A stretch of 60,218 nucleotides of DNA, filler included. It is 2 parts of 2 records of this genome, joined end to end, with 100 filler letters (N's around TTAATTAATTAA, not from the genome) between each part and the next. Parts side by side here need not be neighbours in the genome. Positions count along the whole stretch, not along the records: positions 1 to 28,504 come from SRR20825006_2666; positions 28,605 to 60,218 come from SRR20825006_2678. One strand, written 5' to 3'. The notes beneath the pieces were generated by a model. That model saw nothing but the letters and a program-made list of their open reading frames with translations. It was not told the origin of the DNA and searched no databases. Numbering within the stretch: the first letter of the stretch is position 1; every line of letters starts with the position of its first letter. Positions 21,252 through 30,452 of this stretch are shown in pieces. Both the position numbers and the translations under genes were made by a program.

Positions 21252-22718
21252 ATGGCCACTGTCGATCTGCACTCCTCGGTCAACCGCCACCCTCAATCGC
21301 CCCTCAATTGGAGGATGCCGACGAGCGGTGCGGTGCCTCGTATCCGAGTGACTGCATGGTGGACAATGTTGGCGTGCAGCGTCATCGCTTTGGGTACGAG
21401 CAGTTACCTGGCGTACACCTCATTCACCTCGTCACCGGTCGCAGGCTGTTCCGGCGGAAGTGTCTTTGATTGCGGGCATGTGCTGCACAGTCGTTGGTCG
21501 AAAGTTGCCACTGTGCCGGTCAGCGTCCCAGCGATTCTGACTCACCTGTCCGTCATCTCGTTGCTTTTGTTCCGTCCGATCAGCCTGTTCTGGAAACGAG
21601 TTCGCTCGGGTGCTCTGGGCGTTGCGGCTCTGACGGCTGGTGGTGCGGCGTTGTGGTTCCTGGGTCTTCAAATCTTCGCACTTGGTCACCTGTGCCCATA
21701 TTGCTTGGTCGCTCATATCGCCGGATTGGTGTTAGCCGGCACGTATCTGTTCAGCCGTCCGACTCATGCTCCATCGCTTCGATACATCGCTCCCGCCGCA
21801 GCGGCAGGCTTGGCTGTGTTGATCACGCTGCAAGTCGCCACGGAACCACCACCGACATTTGAAGTGATCGAACACACTGCTCAACCGGCGACCTTCAGTG
21901 CTCCTGGAGCAAGTGATGGTTCTGAAACATTCGCCGCACCTGGCGTATTCGAAGCACCGGCCGGCGATGCATCAGCGAAAGGTGAAGTCATCGATGGATT
22001 GTTCGCTCCACCCGAATCGGTCAGCAACATCAATGAAGCAAACCGTTTGCTCAGCCTAATCGCTGAATTCGATGCGGCTCGTTTCGCAATGGCAATGGTG
22101 AACCCAGCGTCGTTGCTTTCGGCGGAAGTGGACTCCGCATCGGACACTCCAAAGACCGCGGAAATCTTGGGTGGTGTTCGATTGACAACCAAAGATTGGC
22201 CGCTAGTTGGAAAGCCGGACGCGGAAATGGTTTTCGTCGAAATGTTCGACTATACATGCCCGCATTGCCAACGGACTCACGAGTCACTCAAGGCCGCCGA
22301 ACAACACTTTGGTGACCGATTGGCCATCATCATGTTGCCGGTTCCACTCGATGGCCAATGCAATCCTGAGATCAAGAGCACGCACGCGTCGCATCGCGAA
22401 GCTTGTGATCTGGCAAAGCTAGCCGTAGCGGTTTGGTTGGTCGACCGAGAAAAGTTTGCCGATTTCCATTCGTTCCTGTTCGAGTCCAAGTCGAACTATT
22501 CGCAAGCGTTGTCGCATGCATCAAAAATGGTTGACGAAGCCAAGCTGAAATCGATCGTCAGCGGTCCGACTCCTACCGAGTACATCCAAAAACACGTGCA
22601 GCTTTACCAGCGTGCGGGCGCCGGAACGATTCCTAAGTTGTTGTTTCCAAAGACAACCACCGTCGGAGCGGTTGAATCGTCTCAATCAATGATCCGGTTG
22701 ATCGAACAACACCTGTAA
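21252..22718 (+). CDS. Vitamin K epoxide reductase (VKOR) fused to a DsbA/thioredoxin domain
   Basis: VKOR loop 'CSGGSVFDCGHVLHSRWS', active site 'CPYC'; C-terminal 'FDYTCPHC' and cis-Pro 'GTIPKL'. Confidence 0.88.
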   Translation: MATVDLHSSVNRHPQSPLNWRMPTSGAVPRIRVTAWWTMLACSVIALGTSSYLAYTSFTSSPVAGCSGGSVFDCGHVLHSRWSKVATVPVSVPAILTHLSVISLLLFRPISLFWKRVRSGALGVAALTAGGAALWFLGLQIFALGHLCPYCLVAHIAGLVLAGTYLFSRPTHAPSLRYIAPAAAAGLAVLITLQVATEPPPTFEVIEHTAQPATFSAPGASDGSETFAAPGVFEAPAGDASAKGEVIDGLFAPPESVSNINEANRLLSLIAEFDAARFAMAMVNPASLLSAEVDSASDTPKTAEILGGVRLTTKDWPLVGKPDAEMVFVEMFDYTCPHCQRTHESLKAAEQHFGDRLAIIMLPVPLDGQCNPEIKSTHASHREACDLAKLAVAVWLVDREKFADFHSFLFESKSNYSQALSHASKMVDEAKLKSIVSGPTPTEYIQKHVQLYQRAGAGTIPKLLFPKTTTVGAVESSQSMIRLIEQHL

Positions 22719-22721
22719 AAA

Positions 22722-22741
22722 CGTGGGATAGGTTTCCATCC
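22722..22741 (+). repeat. REP-like arm (same family as 28631-28650)
   Basis: CGTGGGATAGGTTTCCATCC is 17/20 identical to the reverse complement of 28631-28650; both sit immediately after a stop codon. Confidence 0.6.
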
Positions 22742-22800
22742 GGTGGAGCAACCTAAGGCTATCCAGTGCGAGCAAATACTGGGAATGTAAGCCACTCTCG

Positions 22801-23262
22801 TCATACCGCTGCGTCGATTCGCAGGGCGACTTCCGAGACGCAACGCGGCGGACTCGATGCCTCGTCGGATAGCAACTCGATCTCGATTTGATTCTGCCCC
22901 AACAACGGCTTCGAAAGTGGCAGTCGGATTGCTTCGCGGGCGGTCTCTACCGTCAGCCCCACAAGGTCGTTTCCGCCGATCTCCTGATCGTTCAGTCGAA
23001 CCACAAAACGCTGGTTCGGTGCTGGGTCAATTTCGATTGACACCTTATCACCGTCTTCCAATCCAGTGGGGCAATTGAAATGCCGTCGATAGATGGCATG
23101 ATACTCCGACCGGGTTACCTGCCCGGGCACATCATTGCCCGTCGGAACCTCCGATGCACCCGACGTGTCCGGAACGTCCATGCGTTCCGCTCGATGCACC
23201 GACTGGCCATCGCAGAAAATTTCGCGGGTCCAGGGGCGTCGCAATCGAATGCGGTGAGTCAT
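22801..23262 (-). CDS. Hypothetical protein, possibly a galactose-binding-like beta-sandwich
   Basis: MTHRIRLRRPW...'YRRHFNCPTGLEDGDKVSI'...'VRLNDQEIG'...'NQIEIEL' resembles GH2 N-terminal sugar-binding folds. Start trimmed to 23262. Confidence 0.55.
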   Translation of the reverse strand: MTHRIRLRRPWTREIFCDGQSVHRAERMDVPDTSGASEVPTGNDVPGQVTRSEYHAIYRRHFNCPTGLEDGDKVSIEIDPAPNQRFVVRLNDQEIGGNDLVGLTVETAREAIRLPLSKPLLGQNQIEIELLSDEASSPPRCVSEVALRIDAAV

Positions 23263-23289
23263 TGAGAACCGGTTCCAAAGAGAAATGAA

Positions 23290-24120
23290 TTGCAAGCCAA
23301 CGATCGCCCTCGCACGTTTCATCTGACGGTCGCTTACGACGGTACCGAATATTGTGGCTGGCAAGTCCAGCCTGAACAGCGGTCGATCCAATCTGAACTG
23401 GAACGCGTCATCCGACCGTTGGCTGGTCGTCCGGTGCGAGTCTTGGGCAGTGGCCGAACCGACGCGGGAGTTCATGCGATCGGGCAGGTAGCTCGATGTG
23501 TATTACCGGTTTGGAAAGCCAACACGGTTGCCCTGCAGCGCGCGATCAACAGCAAACTGCCAAACGACATTCGCGTCAAAGCGGTCCGTGAGACTCGCGA
23601 ACGATTTCATCCCATCGCCGATGCGACGGGAAAGCAGTATCAGTATCTCGTTCAAGTTGGTGGCAGTCGCGATCCATTCGCGAATCGTTTTGTCAATCGC
23701 GTTGGTGGTCCGATTAATCATACGGCAATGCAATCGGCCGCGGCAAAGTTCGTCGGGCGTCACGATTTCAAAGCGTTTCAGGGAACCGGCGCTGAACGAC
23801 CGTCGACCGTTCGTACAATCCATTCAGCTCGTTGGATTCCTCGCGTTGCCACCGGACCAACCGGAGCGGAACTGGAGGGCGAGCACTGGTGTTTCGAAAT
23901 CGATGGAGAAGGTTTCCTCTACAACATGGTTCGCAACCTGATGGGCACGATGCTGGAGGTTGGACGAGGAAAGAAACCGCTTGACTGGATCGATGAGGTT
24001 CTGGCCAGTCGCGACCGCAAAATGGCAGGCCCGACCGCGCCGCCTCAAGGGTTGTTCCTTTGCCGAGTCGACTACCCCGACGAAGTGTTTCAGGTGGAAG
24101 AACCCGACGTGATCGAATGA
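23290..24120 (+). CDS. truA: tRNA pseudouridine(38-40) synthase
   Basis: '[13 protein letters not shown]', '[14 protein letters not shown]', 'GRHDF', 'FLYNMVR', 'TAPPQGLFL'. Confidence 0.96.
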   Translation: MQANDRPRTFHLTVAYDGTEYCGWQVQPEQRSIQSELERVIRPLAGRPVRVLGSGRTDAGVHAIGQVARCVLPVWKANTVALQRAINSKLPNDIRVKAVRETRERFHPIADATGKQYQYLVQVGGSRDPFANRFVNRVGGPINHTAMQSAAAKFVGRHDFKAFQGTGAERPSTVRTIHSARWIPRVATGPTGAELEGEHWCFEIDGEGFLYNMVRNLMGTMLEVGRGKKPLDWIDEVLASRDRKMAGPTAPPQGLFLCRVDYPDEVFQVEEPDVIE

Positions 24121-24278
24121 GCGGACCCATTCGAAACAATGTTCATCAAAACTTCATCGTCATCGACGATAAACCGCGGGTTTTACGGTCGAAACGAGAG
24201 AGTGTGTTCCTTCGCAAAACCGGGTGTTGATTGGTAAACTGACACGACCGGTTCACCTCTCATTGATGCGATGTCTTT

Positions 24279-25793
24279 ATGTCTGCCGAGAGCCCTCCCG
24301 CCTCTGCGCCCATCCTAGATGAAGAGTCCCGTGCACTCGTGCGGCGATCCATCGCTGCCGGTGTGGTGACACTGGACGAGATCAAAACAGTCGTTGCTTC
24401 TCTGATGACTGACGACACTCGGTTCACTCCGCAGCGTCTCGCCGATGGCATGCAGAACGCAGGTTTGCTGACGCGATGGCAATCCAGCAAGTTGCTTGCC
24501 GGCAAGAGCAAAGGCTTCTTTCTAGGTGCCTACAAACTGCTTCGCCCGCTCGGCAAAGGCGGCATGGGGATGGTTTATCTGGGTGAACACAGTGTCATGA
24601 AGCGTCAGATGGCGCTGAAGATCTTGAACTCAGACTCCAGCCGTGACGAACGCCGAATTCAACGCTTTCAAGAAGAGGCTCGTGCATCGGCCCAACTTGA
24701 TCATCCAAACATTGTTCGCGCGTACGACTTCAATCAGTCCAACGGCAAACTCTACATCGTGATGGAATACATCGACGGGATTGATTTGCATCAAGTCGTC
24801 GCTCGCGATGGCGTGATGTCGATCGCCGCCGCGGTCGATGCGATGTATCAAGCCACCGGCGGATTGGCTCACGCTCACGAGCGAGGAATCATTCACCGCG
24901 ACATCAAACCGTCCAACTTGATGCTGCGATCCGATGGCGTGGTGAAGGTCAGCGACATGGGTCTGGCTCGCATCGGATGGTCGGAAGGTTCGGGCGATAC
25001 CAGCAAACGTCGGCTGACCGGAACAGCCGACTTTGTCGCACCAGAACAGGCTCTCAACAGCCACAGCGTCGATGCCAGAGCGGACATCTATTCGCTCGGA
25101 TGCACGTTGTTCTTTCTGCTGACCGGTCGTCCACCGTACAAAGGTGACACCGTGGCACAACGACTGGCTAAACATCAGACCGCCCCCGTTCCCGACGTTC
25201 GCAAGCTGCGTCCGGATTGCCCCGCACCACTGGCAAGTTTGCTGACTCGGATGATGGCCAAGAAACCCGCCGATCGTCCGCCATCGGCAGTGGATTTGAT
25301 CGGCCAATTCGATCGCATCCGCCGCTCGGCCGGACTGAAACAAAAGAACCATCAACCGCTCGCCGCAATCGCGTCGACATCGGACACGACCGACGAAGGT
25401 CAACTTTATCAAGCGACGATGGATGACCAGTCGGTTTTCAATGGTTCAGATGCCGACGAAACGTGGCAGGATTCGAGCGAGTTTGATTTCAGCACGCTGC
25501 CCGATATCGGTGTCGCGACCACACCAAGTGCATTCCCCAGATCAACGTCTGGATTGTCTAGCCCACCGCCGCCGCGTGCTGGCCTGGCATCAAACAATCA
25601 ATCATCCACCGGATCCAGTTCCAATCAAAATCAGACGTTGATGCTGGGGATGGGGTTGGCGATCGCTGTTATCGCCCTGATGACAGTGCTGGGGATGGCC
25701 GTTTACACGATCGCGAAACCGGATGCGCCGGCGGCACCGAAAATCAAAGCCACCGAGAGTGGCAAAGAGATCGTCATCATCAACGGCGGTTGA
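24279..25793 (+). CDS. Hanks-type Ser/Thr protein kinase with C-terminal TM anchor
   Basis: 'LGKGGMGMVY', 'ALK', 'HRDIKPSN', 'DMG', 'GTADFVAPE'; one hydrophobic helix near the C-terminus. Confidence 0.93.
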   Translation: MSAESPPASAPILDEESRALVRRSIAAGVVTLDEIKTVVASLMTDDTRFTPQRLADGMQNAGLLTRWQSSKLLAGKSKGFFLGAYKLLRPLGKGGMGMVYLGEHSVMKRQMALKILNSDSSRDERRIQRFQEEARASAQLDHPNIVRAYDFNQSNGKLYIVMEYIDGIDLHQVVARDGVMSIAAAVDAMYQATGGLAHAHERGIIHRDIKPSNLMLRSDGVVKVSDMGLARIGWSEGSGDTSKRRLTGTADFVAPEQALNSHSVDARADIYSLGCTLFFLLTGRPPYKGDTVAQRLAKHQTAPVPDVRKLRPDCPAPLASLLTRMMAKKPADRPPSAVDLIGQFDRIRRSAGLKQKNHQPLAAIASTSDTTDEGQLYQATMDDQSVFNGSDADETWQDSSEFDFSTLPDIGVATTPSAFPRSTSGLSSPPPPRAGLASNNQSSTGSSSNQNQTLMLGMGLAIAVIALMTVLGMAVYTIAKPDAPAAPKIKATESGKEIVIINGG

Positions 25794-25822
25794 AACCCCG
25801 GCAATATTGACTTGTTTTTGTT

Positions 25823-26836
25823 ATGATCAAAACCGCAGTAGCGGGGCGGCCCATGGGTGGTCGGACCGGATCCTTCCCTCCGATGCACAACCGACAGAAT
25901 CTGGTGACCGATAGCTCCGCACAATTGATTTTGGCTACCGGAAGCCGGGCCGGTATGGTCGCGGAGATTCGGTCGGGGTACTACATGATCGGTCGCGATC
26001 GCGTTTGCCAAATCCGGCCGAAGAGCCGCTCGGTGAGTCGAAAACACTGCTTGCTGCATTGGGAAACGCCGGCCGATTCCGAGCCACGGTTCCGAATCTT
26101 CGATCTCGACAGTTCCGCGGGAACGCGAGTCAACGGAACCCGCATTCCGAGTCGGACCTGGATCGAACTCGTCGACGGCGCTGAATTGAGATGCGGCAAA
26201 ATCGCATTTGGATTGGTGATCGAGTCGCGAGAGCAAGCGGCACGCAAACACGTCGCCGTTATCGACCCAAGAGAAGACACGGTGGTGAACTATCGCGGAT
26301 TTGACACCGCATCCGGCTTCGAAGACGAAGATGACGCGAAGCGGGCAAGCCGAGACCATTCGGCGAGACAAGACGATTCAACTCGGGCGGTCTCCGAGTC
26401 GCCCACCGTTTCGTTGCTGCAAGGAGAAGCGTGGCAGGAAGTCGACATCGCATCGTTTTTGGAAGCCGAAGACACCGTCGCTCGCGAAGCACGCTACGAC
26501 GATATTCGCGCCAAAACCTCCAATCCTGAATCCTCACGTCCTGATTCAGAATTCTTCGACCACGACGAAGAATTTATCGACGACGATGCGGCGGAACCGC
26601 CCGATCAAACGCCATCAGGTAGAGGCGCCGCCACAAACAAACGCGGCTCGGGATCGCCCCCCTCTGCAAAAGTAAAAGGTGCAGCCACAACGAGCATTCT
26701 GAACCGAGTCGACTGGGACAAGGTGAAGATATACGCCGCCTTTGCGATGACGATCGCCGTCTTCGTCTTCGGCGGGTATCAAGCGATGCAGTTTTGGCAG
26801 GGTCCGGAAGTTCGAATCGTGGACGGAATCGACTGA
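25823..26836 (+). CDS. FHA domain protein with acidic linker and C-terminal TM helix
   Basis: 'IGRDRVCQIR..SRSVSRKHC...DLDSSAGTRVNG...LVDGAELRCG'. Start uncertain. Confidence 0.88.
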   Translation: MIKTAVAGRPMGGRTGSFPPMHNRQNLVTDSSAQLILATGSRAGMVAEIRSGYYMIGRDRVCQIRPKSRSVSRKHCLLHWETPADSEPRFRIFDLDSSAGTRVNGTRIPSRTWIELVDGAELRCGKIAFGLVIESREQAARKHVAVIDPREDTVVNYRGFDTASGFEDEDDAKRASRDHSARQDDSTRAVSESPTVSLLQGEAWQEVDIASFLEAEDTVAREARYDDIRAKTSNPESSRPDSEFFDHDEEFIDDDAAEPPDQTPSGRGAATNKRGSGSPPSAKVKGAATTSILNRVDWDKVKIYAAFAMTIAVFVFGGYQAMQFWQGPEVRIVDGID

Positions 26837-26883
26837 CCAGGCCTCAAGCGGATGCACTGATCGCAACTATACTGCTCCGCAAC

Positions 26884-28392
26884 ATGCCATCCGATCGAAC
26901 CTCTAACGACTCATCTTCCACAGGTGACTCCAGCATTCTGAGCGATCGGTCTGGGGCGTCAGACGACCGCGTGGCAACAGTTGGCACTGCCGAGACCATC
27001 GCCAGTCAGTCCAATTGTGGCGAGCCAGTGGTTGGCGATTGCTCCGCATCTTCGGCAAACGCGGACGCTGGATTGACCAGCTCCGGCGAGGCTGTCCCCG
27101 GTCCGGCAATCGCCTATCAGGCTCCTTCGGACATTGAAGCCGGTAACTCTGCTCCCCCGAGCAAGTTCGCCAAAGCGTTTTCGTTTGCCCAGACAGTCGG
27201 CTTTGCCTTTGGAATCGTGGCGTTGCAGATGGGCCAAGGCATTTTGTTGGCCCGACTACTCGGACCGGTCGGCCGAGGCGAATACGCGACGACCGTTCTG
27301 TATGTGCAGATGCTGCTCTACATCGGTTTGTTCGGCGGCGTGGAAGTCATCTGCCGTTACGCCGCCGATCGAACGGTTGAGACGATCAAGCTTCGACGGG
27401 CGGCGATGTGGTTGGGCTTGACCACCGGAGTCGTGACGACTGGATTGGTTGTGCTCTGCAACGTAATCGCGTTGCCCAACGAGAAAGCCTATCTGATGTC
27501 GCTGGGTTGCTTGTGCGCGTTCAGCGTTATCGGCCAACACGTGATGCTGATTATGACCGCGGTCGATCGCGGGGCAGGCGACTTCTCGAAGTACAACGTG
27601 CGTCGATTCGTTTCCGCCGCCGCGTTTCCCGCATTGCTGCTGGTTGCAGCCTTCGTGACCGACGTGACGCTGAATTTGGCTTGCGTGTTGTTCGTCATCG
27701 CATCGGCAATCTCAATGGGCGCCTGTGTGTTCGGACTCCCCAAACTAGCCACGGGTAAAAGCGAACCGCCCGTCAAACAACTTTTGAAAGAAAGCCGCCC
27801 TTACGGCGTTTCCATGTTGGCGACGGACCTTTTCGAACGATTGGATTTGTTGCTCGTGATGTGGTTGGTTCCGCTTCTAACGCAAGGCTTTTACGCAGCG
27901 ATGGTTCCTGTCGTCTATCCGTTGACGGTGATTCCTAACACGCTGGGCATTTACTTGTTCAATACCGCGGCGGATCGCAGCAAACGACTGCGAACATCGG
28001 ACGTGCACCGAATTCTTGGTGGCTCCATCGCGATCCAAACCGTTTCCACCATCGTCTTCATCATCTTGATCGGACCGTTGGTGAAGCTCGTTTATGGCGA
28101 GGAATTTGCCCCCGCGATTGTGTTCGCTTGGTGGCTCGCCCCGGTGTCCGCGATCAAAGGCATCCTGCAAGGGTTGGACAGCTACGTCAAAGGCCGAGGC
28201 AAACCACTCGCACCCATCCGATGCCGCATCGTTGCTTCCCTCGTCATGCTGGGATTGACCGCCGCGTTCGTCGGATCCTATGGCGCGATCGCGATCGCGG
28301 TGGCTGCTTTGGTCGGACAAGTCATCTGTTTGGTATGGCTGTCCGCAATCGTCTACGCCGACGTTCGCGAACAAAACGCGGTGATCGAATAG
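26884..28392 (+). CDS. MOP-superfamily oligosaccharide flippase (Wzx/polysaccharide biosynthesis)
   Basis: 'ILLARLLGPVGRGEY', many TM segments, 'LFERLDLLLV..LV....GFYA', 'LVYGEEF'. Start placed at MPSDR. Confidence 0.8.
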   Translation: MPSDRTSNDSSSTGDSSILSDRSGASDDRVATVGTAETIASQSNCGEPVVGDCSASSANADAGLTSSGEAVPGPAIAYQAPSDIEAGNSAPPSKFAKAFSFAQTVGFAFGIVALQMGQGILLARLLGPVGRGEYATTVLYVQMLLYIGLFGGVEVICRYAADRTVETIKLRRAAMWLGLTTGVVTTGLVVLCNVIALPNEKAYLMSLGCLCAFSVIGQHVMLIMTAVDRGAGDFSKYNVRRFVSAAAFPALLLVAAFVTDVTLNLACVLFVIASAISMGACVFGLPKLATGKSEPPVKQLLKESRPYGVSMLATDLFERLDLLLVMWLVPLLTQGFYAAMVPVVYPLTVIPNTLGIYLFNTAADRSKRLRTSDVHRILGGSIAIQTVSTIVFIILIGPLVKLVYGEEFAPAIVFAWWLAPVSAIKGILQGLDSYVKGRGKPLAPIRCRIVASLVMLGLTAAFVGSYGAIAIAVAALVGQVICLVWLSAIVYADVREQNAVIE

Positions 28393-28475
28393 TTCACCTT
28401 ACCGAACGCGGATCGAGTTCCGTCTCGATTGAATGCTTCCTTGCTTAGGAAGGCGTGAACACTAAAAGACGATCT

Positions 28476-28504
28476 TAGCGGTGCGGCGCAAGCCGCCCGG
28501 TGAG
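28476..28504. repeat. REP-like hairpin truncated by the assembly gap
   Basis: GCGGC-GCAA-GCCGC hairpin (28483-28496) next to the gap. Confidence 0.45.
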
Positions 28505-28604
28505 NNNNNNNNNNNNNNNNNNNNNNNNNNNNNNNNNNNNNNNNNNNNTTAATTAATTAANNNNNNNNNNNNNNNNNNNNNNNNNNNNNNNNNNNNNNNN
28601 NNNN
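28505..28604. other. Artificial scaffold linker / assembly gap
   Basis: 44 N + TTAATTAATTAA (stops in all six frames) + 44 N = 100 bp. Confidence 0.97.
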
Positions 28605-28630
28605 CTCCCAAAAGATGTGGGGTACAAAAA

Positions 28631-28650
28631 GGCTGGAAGTCTATCCCACG
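28631..28650 (-). repeat. REP-like arm downstream of rtcR
   Basis: GGCTGGAAGTCTATCCCACG; its reverse complement matches 22722-22741. Confidence 0.6.
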
Positions 28651-28651
28651 T

Positions 28652-30268
28652 TCAGAGCAGCTCATCCCAGCTCAAGCCGAAGCGTTGCAGGTACTTTCGC
28701 AATCGGTCGGCGTCGTTGGGTTTTGCCTTGGCTTTTCGTGAGACCGCGAACAAGGTTCGGCCGGCTTGTGATAGCGATCGGCTTTGGCGGCAAACTCGGA
28801 TGACTTCGGCGAGCTGCACGCGGTCGAAATGATCGAGCTGTGCGATTTGCGAATCGTCCAAGCAACTGGTCAAGACGTCGTCGTCACCGCGAGCGTCCGT
28901 TGTTTGCCAGCTCGATCGCAGTCGGACAATTTCTTCGGTTACCAAGTCGATCGTGATGCGTCCGCCTTCGGCCAGCGTTCCCATTCGGGTCACAGCCGCA
29001 TTGAGATCACGAAAATTCGCATTCCAGGGAGTCGCTGGATCCATGGCAAAATCAAGGAACGCTTTGCGAGCTTCTTTGCTGATCGTGATTTTCTGGCCAT
29101 TGTTCCGGGTGAACTGTTGCAGTTCGTAGTCCAGGTTGGGATCGATGTCAGCTCTTCGTTCGCTCAGTCCGGGAAGTCGAAAGGACCAAAGGTTGATCCT
29201 TGCCAACAAGTCTTCACGGAATTTTCCTGCACTGACTTCGGCCATCAAATCGCGATTCGTTCCCGCGATCAATTGGAAGTCGCTGTGGGTGCTTTGGTCG
29301 GAACCAACCGGCGTGAACTCCTTCTCTTCGATCGCACGCAACAACATGGCTTGTTCATCGAGTCCGAGTTCGCCGATTTCGTCGAGGAAAAGCATGCCTT
29401 CATCCGCGGATTTGAGCAGTCCCGCACGCGCGGAGTTCGCCCCGGTGAAAGCTCCTTTGGTGTGACCGAACAAGGCGGACATGGCCTGTTCGCCTCGGAT
29501 CGTTGCGCAGTTGACTTCGACGAATGGGCCGCTGACTTGTCGTCGGCTGTGCTTGAGTTCGTAGATCAGTTTGGCGAGTTGCGTTTTGCCTGCACCAGTT
29601 GGTCCCGACATCAGGATGGGAGCTTTGGTCGCCAACGTGACTTTCTCGATTCGATCGATCAAGGCATTGAAGGATTCGTCTTTCGTTTCGATACCACGTT
29701 TCAGGATCGAGCGTGCTTCATCGTGTTCCTGCCGAAAACGCTTGGCCAGTTCGTCGTAGCGGGACAGATCCAAGTCGATGATTTGGAACGTCCCCTGAAC
29801 CGAGGCGGCTTCGGCTTGTTTTGACCGGCCTCGTCCCGGTGGCGGCGACGTTTGAATCAGTCGTCCCGGCAAGTGCCGGGACTCTGTTAGCAGGAACAGG
29901 CAGATCTGTGCGACGTGCGTCCCCGTGGTGATATGAATCAGATAGTCTTCGGCGTCGGTATCAAACGTGTACTCGCGAGAGAACTGATGCAGTCCCGCGT
30001 AAACCTCCTCCAAATCCCAAGGGTCTTTGAGAGTGATCGGATGGGCTCGCACGGATGTTTCCGGTGAGACCGTTTCGATGTCCTGAATCACCTGATTGGC
30101 AAGCTTGGAATAGCGGCGTTCGACGATCAGCTCGAATCGATCGACGATCAAGTCTTCTTGCTGGCAGATCGCAACGGTCGGACGCCACGTGGCCCATCGA
30201 TCACGCGATTTCCGAGGTTGATCCAAATGGACTCCGAGTAAACCGATCACGACGCATTTCTTGTTCAT
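28652..30268 (-). CDS. rtcR: RNA repair transcriptional activator RtcR (sigma-54 enhancer-binding protein)
   Basis: 'RWATWRPTVAICQQEDL', 'DPWDLEEVY', 'HITTGTHVAQIC'; Walker A 'GPTGAGKT', 'GAFTGA', 'LFLDEIGE'; C-terminal 'NDADRLRKYL'. Divergent from rtcB. Confidence 0.95.
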   Translation of the reverse strand: MNKKCVVIGLLGVHLDQPRKSRDRWATWRPTVAICQQEDLIVDRFELIVERRYSKLANQVIQDIETVSPETSVRAHPITLKDPWDLEEVYAGLHQFSREYTFDTDAEDYLIHITTGTHVAQICLFLLTESRHLPGRLIQTSPPPGRGRSKQAEAASVQGTFQIIDLDLSRYDELAKRFRQEHDEARSILKRGIETKDESFNALIDRIEKVTLATKAPILMSGPTGAGKTQLAKLIYELKHSRRQVSGPFVEVNCATIRGEQAMSALFGHTKGAFTGANSARAGLLKSADEGMLFLDEIGELGLDEQAMLLRAIEEKEFTPVGSDQSTHSDFQLIAGTNRDLMAEVSAGKFREDLLARINLWSFRLPGLSERRADIDPNLDYELQQFTRNNGQKITISKEARKAFLDFAMDPATPWNANFRDLNAAVTRMGTLAEGGRITIDLVTEEIVRLRSSWQTTDARGDDDVLTSCLDDSQIAQLDHFDRVQLAEVIRVCRQSRSLSQAGRTLFAVSRKAKAKPNDADRLRKYLQRFGLSWDELL

Positions 30269-30390
30269 AGACAACAGTATAAGCAGTGATCTGTCAGGAT
30301 AGGATTTCTTTGAGTCAGGTTGCTGGGTTGGAAAGCTCTGTTGTTCGTAAGTGCTTAATGAGTAGTTGCTTAGGGGAAATATCGTTGGTT

Positions 30391-30406
30391 TGGCACGGGC
30401 GATGCG
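30391..30406 (+). promoter_or_regulatory. Sigma-54 (-24/-12) promoter of rtcBA
   Basis: TGGCAC-GGGCG-ATGCG, GG-N10-GC spacing, about 47 bp before the rtcB ATG, beside a divergent sigma-54 activator. Confidence 0.85.
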
Positions 30407-30452
30407 TTAGCTGTGTGCAACAACAAGCATCTTTCTTTGATTCGAGATTCAC

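Noticed and set aside
28549-28560. TTAATTAATTAA palindrome
   Set aside because: Synthetic six-frame-stop linker inside N runs. Adjacency of the two halves of the window cannot be assumed.
28784-29824. 346-aa plus-strand ORF
   Set aside because: Antisense shadow of rtcR.
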